Positions 1 through 5,716 of a stretch of DNA of 6,034 nucleotides are shown here, piece by piece; position 1 is the stretch's first letter, and each line of letters opens with the position of its first letter. The position numbers and the translations under genes were made by a program. Origin of the DNA: a virus (lineage: Duplodnaviria; Heunggongvirae; Uroviricota; Caudoviricetes); IMG/VR virus record IMGVR_UViG_2585427743_000017; one strand, 5' to 3'. Under the pieces are notes generated by a model. It was not told the origin of the DNA. It saw only the letters and a list, made by a program, of their open reading frames with translations, and made no database searches.

Positions 1-357
1 TATTATCGCCTTAAAGCGCTGATGGAACAGTGCTATCAGGGGCATGCTGATGGAAGATACAGCAAACTTTTGACCAGGCTGAATAATAGCGATCTGCTGC
101 TTCTGGATGACTGGGGGCTGGAACCTCTCTCATCAGAACAGCGTAGCGACCTGCTGGAAATAGTGGATCTGATGTACCAACGAGGCTCAATCATCGTAGT
201 GAGCCAGTTGCCGGTGGAAAACTGGTACAAAATGATCGGAGACTCCACACATGCGGATGCCATCCTAGATCGACTGGTTCATGGCAGTATCAAGATCGAA
301 CTTAAAGGAGAATCAATGCGGAAAATACAATCTCCGTTGACCGAAGGAGATCAGTGA
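1..357 (+). CDS. istB: IS21-family transposition helper ATPase IstB, 3' portion only (N-terminus lies upstream of the window)
   Basis: The reading frame is open from base 1 with no stop before the Met at 22, and ends at TGA 355-357. The translation carries an IstB-type Walker B region (LLLLDDWG) and the conserved C-terminal motif ADAILDRLVHGSIKIELKGESMRK, which resembles the IS21 IstB C-terminus. Family assignment is from memory; the specific IS was not identified. Confidence 0.8.
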   Translation, partial: YYRLKALMEQCYQGHADGRYSKLLTRLNNSDLLLLDDWGLEPLSSEQRSDLLEIVDLMYQRGSIIVVSQLPVENWYKMIGDSTHADAILDRLVHGSIKIELKGESMRKIQSPLTEGDQ

Positions 358-393
358 AGGTAATTTAAAAACGGTTCTGTGAAAGTGACACGA

Positions 394-426
394 ACCGATC
401 TCCATCGATGTTACTCACCGATCTCC
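394..426. repeat. Direct repeat ACCGATCTCC x2 (394-403 and 417-426), candidate multiple terminal repeats / transposase binding sites of the IS end
   Basis: Two exact 10-mer copies 23 bp apart, directly downstream of istB. IS21-family ends are known to carry multiple short terminal repeats. Confidence 0.4.
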
Positions 427-427
427 T

Positions 428-1879
428 TCACGGTAATACGCAAGTGTCTTTCAGCGGTCTGCCGGTATCATTATCGAGCTGACCATCCAGTGCATATCCG
501 TCGATATTTTTTGAGATGTATTTCGCGATATACCCCGCAGCACCGCCCCGGTTAAGGTGTTTCGCCTGAAAACGGTTTCGCGCGGCTCCTCTTTCGTCGC
601 CATCCTCTTTGAGCGCATAGCGACGCATGATTTCGATAATCTGGTTACGCTGGCGTGGATTACAAAAAAGCATCATATGCCAGTGCGGCGTTCCGTCGTG
701 GTGTGGCTCGACGACACGCAAACCGTAGACCTGTAAATCATTATCCTTGAATGCCGTGCGCATCAGGCTCCAGATACGGCAGAGATAACGCTGCGCATCC
801 TTTGGATTAAATGCCTCATCATTCCAGCCGTGATTAAGCTGGACGGTTTTACTTTCGCCTTTTCCGACCTGACGTGTCGGGTGATACTTTGACGGCGTGG
901 TCAGCGTGATAAACATCCCCACATCACCCTCTGCGGCGGCGTAACGCTCAATACCGGCAATGGTGTTCATCAGCTCCATCCGGCGAATTTCAGGATTAGA
1001 AATACTGCCCATCACCTTACTGATAAGGTCGATGCGCTCGCCGGTTTCCCTGTTTTCAAGGTCACACGATTTAAGAAATTCCAGATTTGCCTGGCGGCGT
1101 GCACGCACATCACGAATGGCATGTTTACTGGCATAAGGAGAACGGTCTTTATTCACCTCCCCGACAGCAATCAGTAACGCCTCATGCCAGCGCATACGCT
1201 GGCCTTTAAGCTGATGAGTCCACCACTCATCGTTAAACAGACGGGCAATGGCAGAATATGCCTGCCTCGTGGTCATCTGCCCTTTACGGTATTTTTTCCA
1301 GTAGAGAGGGGAAATATTGAAAGCACGTGCAGCGCCAGCAACATGACCATAGAGGTGAGCCTGCGCCTCATCCGTAAACAGCGATTCTTTTTCGCCATGC
1401 GCATCCACCCAGGCATCGCAGAGTTCCTCATACATCATGAAAAGCTGCGATGAGATACGGGCGGCAAACTTTTTCAGCTCCTTGTCATTCATCCCCGGCA
1501 GACGCGCATAATGGTCACGCTCTGCCAGAAACAGCAACGACGCGTCGGTGTTCATTTCATGGCGCTGATTCACACGCTCAATGCGCGGCCATAAACGACG
1601 CTGAAAAGTGGATGTGAGAAAATAAAACCCGTGCACCGGGCTTTTATTGCGCCGGATGTAGTCATAGCGTGAAGTAAACAGCGAGCGCAAAAAGTAAGGC
1701 AGGCGGTTAATCGTGGATAAAACACCTTGCACCTGACGCATCTCGTCACGTGTAAGGGGTCTTTCGCGCCCGACAGCCTCGCGTGGCGCGTTCCATGCAT
1801 AAGCACCGGTAAGCGCCTTACCGGTGCCTGCGGCAAATGCTGACGGAGGGACAAAACGCCCGGAGGCTTTAACGGCCAT
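428..1879 (-). CDS. A: Phage P2 GpA-type rolling-circle replication initiation endonuclease, C-terminally truncated by the IS insertion (about 483 codons, versus 761 aa for P2 A as recalled)
   Basis: The translation contains the HUH motif (HWHMM) and a YIAKYISK motif. Counting from the ATG at 1879 (MAVKASGRF...), the two tyrosines fall at positions 450 and 454, matching the catalytic Tyr450/Tyr454 of P2 A. The six-frame ORF extends to a TTG at 1921, but ATG 1879 is the likely start. The frame stops at 428-430 within or next to the IS terminus. Confidence 0.8.
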   Translation of the reverse strand: MAVKASGRFVPPSAFAAGTGKALTGAYAWNAPREAVGRERPLTRDEMRQVQGVLSTINRLPYFLRSLFTSRYDYIRRNKSPVHGFYFLTSTFQRRLWPRIERVNQRHEMNTDASLLFLAERDHYARLPGMNDKELKKFAARISSQLFMMYEELCDAWVDAHGEKESLFTDEAQAHLYGHVAGAARAFNISPLYWKKYRKGQMTTRQAYSAIARLFNDEWWTHQLKGQRMRWHEALLIAVGEVNKDRSPYASKHAIRDVRARRQANLEFLKSCDLENRETGERIDLISKVMGSISNPEIRRMELMNTIAGIERYAAAEGDVGMFITLTTPSKYHPTRQVGKGESKTVQLNHGWNDEAFNPKDAQRYLCRIWSLMRTAFKDNDLQVYGLRVVEPHHDGTPHWHMMLFCNPRQRNQIIEIMRRYALKEDGDERGAARNRFQAKHLNRGGAAGYIAKYISKNIDGYALDGQLDNDTGRPLKDTCVLP

Positions 1880-2144
1880 ATGAGCCAAAAGCCTCTGAAC
1901 AACGCTTGCTGAGTTGCTCAACCTGCACGTTTAAATCAGCAAAAGACTTTGCGCTTCCGGTCAGAATATCGTGATGCATCAGGCCTGAAACGAGCTGGCT
2001 TAATTTCGGGTAATAACCAACCACCGCCAGCCATTCCTGACCGGCGTTTTTACCGCTTTCCGCTCTCTTTTTCTCGTGGAGAATAAACTGAAAGCTGTCA
2101 CTGGTAACGACATAACGTTCGCCAATTTCAATACGAATACTCAT
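1869..2144 (-). CDS. Small early-operon protein, P2 orf83 position (function unknown)
   Basis: 91-aa ORF with ATG at 2144 overlapping the stop of the upstream gene (ATGA), and ending 8 nt inside the A start; position corresponds to orf83 of the P2 map. Confidence 0.65.
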   Translation of the reverse strand: MSIRIEIGERYVVTSDSFQFILHEKKRAESGKNAGQEWLAVVGYYPKLSQLVSGLMHHDILTGSAKSFADLNVQVEQLSKRCSEAFGSYGR

Positions 2145-2365
2145 GCCGTTCTCCGGTAATGTTTGTTTTTTGCTTCAAAGACTGACTGACAGGAAACACA
2201 ACGCGTGGCTGACGGGTAAGCCGCACGACGGGCAGCAGGTATTGGCGCGTCACACTCTTCGCAAACCAGCGCAGAAGCACCGCAATGTTTTACCCTTGCC
2301 GCGTTAATCTGGCGCTCCAGTAATTCAGCCTGTTGTTCCTGAATAAAATCTACGTTGTCCGGCAT
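2141..2365 (-). CDS. TraR/DksA-family C4 zinc-finger protein (P2 orf82 position)
   Basis: 74 aa with a CxxC-(17)-CxxC arrangement (CEEC ... CVSC), typical of the TraR/DksA RNAP secondary-channel binders. Its start overlaps the upstream stop (TAATG). Confidence 0.75.
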   Translation of the reverse strand: MPDNVDFIQEQQAELLERQINAARVKHCGASALVCEECDAPIPAARRAAYPSATRCVSCQSVFEAKNKHYRRTA

Positions 2366-2667
2366 TACCAGTTCCTTTTGTCGTTCAGTTTTTTAAATTC
2401 ATCAGCGCAATAGCTGGCGATTTCTGTCGTTAATTTCGTCAGTTCATCCACGGAGGAAATTTGCTTGTGAAATACAGCGCGTTTAACAAGTAAATTGACC
2501 ACATCAGACAGGAGGTTTAATTCACTCTGATAAATCGCGATAACAGATTCAGTTATTTCGCGTTTTTCTTTATCAAGACCAAGTTGAATAAGAGACAAAT
2601 CGCCATTTTTCATAACGGCGATTTTTAAGGCATTGTTCAGTAAAACAACTGAACGAGAACAGGACAT
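2365..2667 (-). CDS. Small early-operon protein, P2 orf81 position (function unknown)
   Basis: ATG at 2667-2665 overlaps the orf80 stop (TGATG) and is preceded by GGGGAGGTG; the six-frame track starts one codon earlier at a TTG. About 100 aa. Confidence 0.6.
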   Translation of the reverse strand: MSCSRSVVLLNNALKIAVMKNGDLSLIQLGLDKEKREITESVIAIYQSELNLLSDVVNLLVKRAVFHKQISSVDELTKLTTEIASYCADEFKKLNDKRNW

Positions 2668-2891
2668 CAAAGCACCTCCCCGCGAGACAAGCCGATGTTG
2701 TGAAATTTTTCCGACTCCTGACTGAGCAGCTCGACTATCTCCACGCGGGATAACTCCGCCTTTGTGATGTGGCGAATCATGGCGTCAAGATGAGAAGAAA
2801 AGCGCGTCGCTGCATCGGCCTGTGCTTCGGTTCTGGCCTGTTGCAGCAGTAATGCGTATTTACCGCACTGATTTTCAGAAACTGTATGCAT
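2667..2891 (-). CDS. Small early-operon protein, P2 orf80 position (function unknown)
   Basis: I prefer the ATG at 2891 (MHTVSENQ...), which is preceded by GGAGAA at a 6-nt spacing, over the GTG at 2924 used by the ORF track. About 74 aa. Confidence 0.6.
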   Translation of the reverse strand: MHTVSENQCGKYALLLQQARTEAQADAATRFSSHLDAMIRHITKAELSRVEIVELLSQESEKFHNIGLSRGEVL

Positions 2892-2954
2892 GACTTTCTC
2901 CAGGCAAAAAGAAGCCCCGCACAATTAAGTGCGTTAAAAACTCTGGTTAATTAC

Positions 2955-3455
2955 TTAATGCAGATATTGCTCTGGTTTTACCGATGTCAGAATTGTCGGT
3001 GCATACTCAAACAGACTGAATAATTCACGTAATGCACGGAATAAAGCATCACGCCAGTAACATGATTCTTCATTAATTCGCCAGTATGGCTGGTTGAATT
3101 CTTTTTCTGTCAATCTGGCATGCATAAATAAAGTACGCCGCTGACTGACTGTTAAAAAACTAATATATGCATACTCACTTGCACCGACCTGACGGCGTTT
3201 TGAGAATGCCCCACGCAATTCATCAATTGCACAAACCAGCCGTTCACGTTCGACATCGTTCATTTCTTCGAAACGCATCGTTGCGTGACGTTGTTTTAAC
3301 TGCGCATGGAAGCAAACCGTTAGCCGTTCACGTTCCATCATCTGATTATAATAATCACATGTCTCCTGCCAGCGAGGGACGGCCAGATGCTTACCAATTA
3401 TCCGGCGCATAGCTGCTGGCTGTTTTTCGACGAGATTAAGTGTCATCACTGTCAT
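2955..3455 (-). CDS. B: Phage P2 replication protein B (DnaB-helicase-associated, needed for lagging-strand synthesis)
   Basis: 166 aa, identical in length to P2 B, and placed between orf78 and orf80 as in P2. Identity is by recall, not alignment. Confidence 0.75.
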   Translation of the reverse strand: MTVMTLNLVEKQPAAMRRIIGKHLAVPRWQETCDYYNQMMERERLTVCFHAQLKQRHATMRFEEMNDVERERLVCAIDELRGAFSKRRQVGASEYAYISFLTVSQRRTLFMHARLTEKEFNQPYWRINEESCYWRDALFRALRELFSLFEYAPTILTSVKPEQYLH

Positions 3456-3622
3456 TTCCAGACCCTCCGGCTTTTCAGAAAGGTCAGAGCCTTTTTTAAC
3501 GGACTCTGTTTTTTGGTGCGGATAATGATTCCCTTACGCCCCTTACCGTGGGTGATGGTGAAGTCAATCGCCCTGGGGCTTTCGTTACGCAGTAACTGAG
3601 CAATACAACGAGGTTCATTCAT
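3452..3622 (-). CDS. Small basic protein, P2 orf78 position (function unknown)
   Basis: ATG at 3622 is preceded by a strong Shine-Dalgarno (GTTAAGGAGAACCGT-ATG) that contains the cox stop codon. 56 aa, very Lys/Arg rich. The ORF track's longer version starts at a GTG at 3646 inside cox. Confidence 0.6.
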   Translation of the reverse strand: MNEPRCIAQLLRNESPRAIDFTITHGKGRKGIIIRTKKQSPLKKALTFLKSRRVWK

Positions 3623-3632
3623 ACGGTTCTCC

Positions 3633-3908
3633 TTAACGTGGTTCACCGAGACCTAACCACATCAACCAGCCGTCACGAATCTCTTTAGGGCGGCTTTCAT
3701 AAGCCAGTTTTAGTCCGTTATTCCATGCCGGAAGGTATACCCAATATTCACCTGCACGACCTGAAGCTGATTGTGGATCGGTCATATCAATTACAGGCAG
3801 CTTTCCTTTATCGATCATCCGACGAACCGCTCCTGTCGATTTTCCTATTAGTTTTGCGAACTCCTGATAAGGAATCGCATCAGTCATGAGTGTTACTTGC
3901 TTGCTCAT
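3633..3908 (-). CDS. cox: Phage P2 Cox (excisionase / directionality factor and repressor of Pc)
   Basis: 91 aa, first gene of the leftward operon. It is divergent from C and preceded by a GGAGG RBS. The sequence (MSKQVTLMTDAIPYQEFAKLIGKSTGAVRRMIDKGKLPVIDMTD...) matches my recollection of P2 Cox. Confidence 0.85.
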   Translation of the reverse strand: MSKQVTLMTDAIPYQEFAKLIGKSTGAVRRMIDKGKLPVIDMTDPQSASGRAGEYWVYLPAWNNGLKLAYESRPKEIRDGWLMWLGLGEPR

Positions 3909-3945
3909 GTCGTCCTCCAGCCCTCATGAATTGCGTTTAATGCCT

Positions 3946-3951
3946 TATAAT
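3946..3951 (+). promoter_or_regulatory. Candidate -10 hexamer (TATAAT) of the rightward repressor promoter Pc
   Basis: A perfect TATAAT lies 72 bp upstream of the C start codon. No good -35 is visible at a 17-bp spacing (CTCATG), so the assignment is tentative. A Pc start near 3958 would give the roughly 30-nt transcript overlap with Pe described for P2. Confidence 0.4.
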
Positions 3952-3989
3952 GCCTTTTAGTGCACACATCCAAGCACTAAACAATCTAC

Positions 3990-4029
3990 ATCTAAACTAA
4001 ATACTATTGAGATCTAAACACCATGTCAA
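3990..4029 (-). promoter_or_regulatory. Early promoter Pe with operator: -35 TTGACA (4029-4024), 17-bp spacer, -10 TAGTAT (4006-4001), flanked by 8-bp direct repeats ATCTAAAC at 3990-3997 and 4012-4019 (C repressor half-sites O2/O1)
   Basis: Read on the minus strand there are consensus -35 and near-consensus -10 hexamers with a 17-nt spacer. Two exact 8-mer direct repeats, 22 bp centre to centre, straddle the -10, matching the described P2 operator architecture. The -35 overlaps the C start codon. Confidence 0.7.
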
Positions 4030-4322
4030 ACACGATAAGCGAGAAGATAGTCTTAATGCGAAAATCAGAGTATTTGAGCAGACAACAACTTGCTGATTTA
4101 ACAGGGGTTCCGTATGGCACGCTGAGTTACTATGAAAGTGGTCGTTCAACACCTCCAACAGATGTCATGATGAACATCCTGCAGACCCCACAATTCACCA
4201 AATACACTTTATGGTTCATGACCAATCAGATCGCTCCTGAGTCCGGGCAAATTGCGCCCGCTCTCGCACACTTTGGGCAAAACGAAACAACGTCGCCCCA
4301 CTCCGGTCAAAAGACTGGTTAA
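4023..4322 (+). CDS. C: Phage P2 immunity repressor C
   Basis: 99 aa, same length as P2 C, divergent from cox and upstream of int. The sequence (MSNTISEKIVLMRKSEYLSRQQLADLTGVPYGTLSYYESGRSTP...) contains a helix-turn-helix-like segment (QQLADLTGVPYGTLSYYE). Confidence 0.85.
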   Translation: MSNTISEKIVLMRKSEYLSRQQLADLTGVPYGTLSYYESGRSTPPTDVMMNILQTPQFTKYTLWFMTNQIAPESGQIAPALAHFGQNETTSPHSGQKTG

Positions 4323-4361
4323 CAATTCATCGTGAATATATTCATCACAAGTGCCTACTAT

Positions 4362-4384
4362 TGGTGGCTAAATTTCAGCCACCA
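4362..4384 (+). other. Stem-loop in the C-int intergenic region (8-bp stem TGGTGGCT/AGCCACCA, 7-nt loop)
   Basis: Perfect inverted repeat at 4362-4369 and 4377-4384. It is not followed by a U-tract on either strand, so it is not a canonical intrinsic terminator. Confidence 0.4.
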
Positions 4385-4437
4385 CGAAAAAAGCGATTAG
4401 TAGTCGCCAAAAAACACACCACTCGGAGGGTTTTCTG

Positions 4438-5451
4438 ATGGCAATCAAAAAACTCGATGATGGTCGATATGAAGTGGACATCCGCCCTACTGGACGTAAT
4501 GGAAAACGCATCCGTAGGAAGTTTGATAAGAAAAGCGAAGCTGTCGCTTTCGAGAAATACACGTTGTACAACCACCACAATAAAGAATGGCTATCAAAAC
4601 CAACAGACAAGCGACGTCTGTCGGAGCTGACACAGATCTGGTGGGATTTAAAGGGTAAACACGAAGAGCATGGGAAATCTAATCTTGGAAAAATTGAAAT
4701 CTTCACAAAAATAACGAATGACCCATGCGCATTTCAAATTACGAAATCGCTTATCAGCCAGTACTGCGCCACCCGAAGAAGTCAGGGTATTAAACCTTCG
4801 AGTATCAATCGTGATTTAACATGTATTAGCGGCATGTTTACAGCCCTGATTGAAGCGGAGTTATTCTTTGGTGAGCACCCTATCAGAGGAACAAAAAGGC
4901 TTAAGGAGGAAAAACCAGACACAGGCTATCTCACGCAGGAAGAAATTGCCTTACTGCTTGCTGCTCTTGACGGCGACAATAAAAAGATTGCGATTCTTTG
5001 CCTGAGTACTGGGGCACGTTGGGGAGAAGCAGCTCGTTTGAAAGCAGAAAATATCATCCATAACCGCGTCACGTTTGTTAAAACGAAAACAAACAAACCA
5101 CGCACCGTCCCGATCTCAGAGGCTGTTGCCAAAATGATCGCGGATAACAAACGAGGTTTTTTATTCCCTGATGCTGATTACCCTCGCTTCAGACGAACAA
5201 TGAAAGCAATAAAACCGGATTTGCCAATGGGGCAAGCCACACATGCACTAAGGCACAGCTTTGCCACTCATTTCATGATTAATGGAGGAAGTATTATCAC
5301 GCTACAACGGATACTAGGTCACACGCGGATTGAACAAACTATGGTTTACGCTCATTTTGCGCCAGAGTACCTTCAGGACGCCATTTCTCTTAATCCGCTA
5401 AGAGGTGGTACTGAGGCCGAGAGTGTCCACACAGTGTCCACAGTAGAGTAA
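4438..5451 (+). CDS. int: Phage P2 integrase (tyrosine site-specific recombinase)
   Basis: 337 aa, same length as P2 Int, with a GGAGGG RBS 8 nt upstream. Catalytic signature residues are present: R in GARWGEA, H-x-x-R in HALRHSFATH, and Y in HTRIEQTMVYAHF. Confidence 0.9.
   Translation: MAIKKLDDGRYEVDIRPTGRNGKRIRRKFDKKSEAVAFEKYTLYNHHNKEWLSKPTDKRRLSELTQIWWDLKGKHEEHGKSNLGKIEIFTKITNDPCAFQITKSLISQYCATRRSQGIKPSSINRDLTCISGMFTALIEAELFFGEHPIRGTKRLKEEKPDTGYLTQEEIALLLAALDGDNKKIAILCLSTGARWGEAARLKAENIIHNRVTFVKTKTNKPRTVPISEAVAKMIADNKRGFLFPDADYPRFRRTMKAIKPDLPMGQATHALRHSFATHFMINGGSIITLQRILGHTRIEQTMVYAHFAPEYLQDAISLNPLRGGTEAESVHTVSTVE
5423..5442 (-). promoter_or_regulatory. Tandem direct repeat GTGTCCACA x2 (reverse complement TGTGGACA), candidate Int arm-type binding sites of the att P-arm
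   Basis: Two exact 9-mers at 5423-5431 and 5434-5442, overlapping the last codons of int. The reverse complement matches my recollection of the P2 Int arm-site consensus TGTGGACA. Confidence 0.5.
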
Positions 5452-5530
5452 CGTTTAAGGGCTTTCAGTGGTAATTTATGCCGCTCAAACCCGCATTGTA
5501 CCGTTGAAAGCCCCTACTGGTGACACCCTA

Positions 5531-5557
5531 AATCTCCCTTACACGGGCTTATTTTTT
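5531..5557 (-). other. P2 att core (27 bp; reverse complement AAAAAATAAGCCCGTGTAAGGGAGATT), i.e. the prophage/host junction core
   Basis: Exact match, in reverse complement, to the 27-nt P2 attP/attB core as I recall it, located 80 bp past the int stop. No Int arm repeats are found beyond it, consistent with non-phage DNA on the far side. Confidence 0.75.
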
Positions 5558-5621
5558 TATGCATAAGCCCTATCTCTGGTAACCGTCTTCCATTGACCAC
5601 ATCGATAGAATCTCCCTTCAT

Positions 5622-5654
5622 AGCACGATGCCTTTCACGTAACGGCATCGTGCT
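5622..5654. other. Perfect 11-bp inverted repeat (AGCACGATGCC ... GGCATCGTGCT) with an 11-nt loop
   Basis: Seen directly in the sequence between the att core and the lipoprotein gene. No adjacent T-tract, so its function is unclear (protein binding site or RNA structure). Confidence 0.4.
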
Positions 5655-5716
5655 CGCACAGGTTCCGGCTAAGCACAACCAGAACGCGCATGTTTGACGC
5701 TTACCAAAAAATATTC

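Larger units (their letters stand above)
1..440 (+). mobile_element. Right-hand end of an IS21-family insertion sequence (partial; the rest is upstream of the window)
   Basis: istB ends at 357 and is followed by about 70-90 bp containing repeated motifs, as expected for IS21-family termini. The P2 gene A frame is abruptly terminated here. The exact IS/phage junction cannot be fixed without a reference; I estimate 428-460. Confidence 0.6.
428..5557. mobile_element. P2-type prophage, integrase-proximal segment (truncated gene A through int to att core)
   Basis: Gene order and orientation match the P2 early region (A-orf83-orf82-orf81-orf80-B-orf78-cox leftward; C-int rightward; att core after int). 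Protein lengths match P2 (Cox 91 aa, C 99 aa, B 166 aa, Int 337 aa). Confidence 0.85.

Noticed and set aside
36-263. 75-aa ORF on the minus strand inside the istB coding region
   Set aside because: It lies entirely antisense to a well-supported istB frame and has no RBS or recognisable motifs; most likely a chance ORF.
1184-1453. 89-aa plus-strand ORF inside gene A
   Set aside because: Antisense to the A coding sequence, with no independent support.
1570-1902. 110-aa minus-strand ORF in an alternative frame of gene A
   Set aside because: It overlaps the strongly supported A frame, which carries the conserved HUH and Tyr motifs; the alternative frame gives a Cys/Arg-rich low-complexity product.
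1880-1921. Upstream TTG start for gene A used by the six-frame track (MSNSASVVQRLLAH...)
   Set aside because: It would overlap orf83 by 53 nt. The ATG at 1879 puts the catalytic tyrosines exactly at positions 450 and 454 as in P2 A, so it is the more likely start.
3167-3599. Two plus-strand ORFs (3167-3412 and 3387-3599) opposite B and orf78
   Set aside because: Antisense to the Pe operon genes, His/Arg-rich low-complexity translations, no start-site signals.
4368-4706. Minus-strand ORFs (112 aa and 67 aa) overlapping the int 5' region
   Set aside because: Antisense to int, whose product has all the tyrosine recombinase signature residues; no supporting signals.
4926-5150. 74-aa minus-strand ORF inside int
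   Set aside because: Antisense to int; a chance ORF.
5458-5513. 9-bp inverted repeat GGGCTTTCA ... TGAAAGCCC as a possible int terminator
   Set aside because: The arms are separated by 37 nt and there is no U-tract, so it is not a convincing intrinsic terminator. It may simply be part of the att arm (for example, a host-factor bending region), which I could not verify.
5558-5716. Possible tRNA gene at the integration site
   Set aside because: Many integrases target tRNA genes, but no cloverleaf-compatible sequence or conserved tRNA boxes are evident here, and P2-type att sites are not tRNA-associated.
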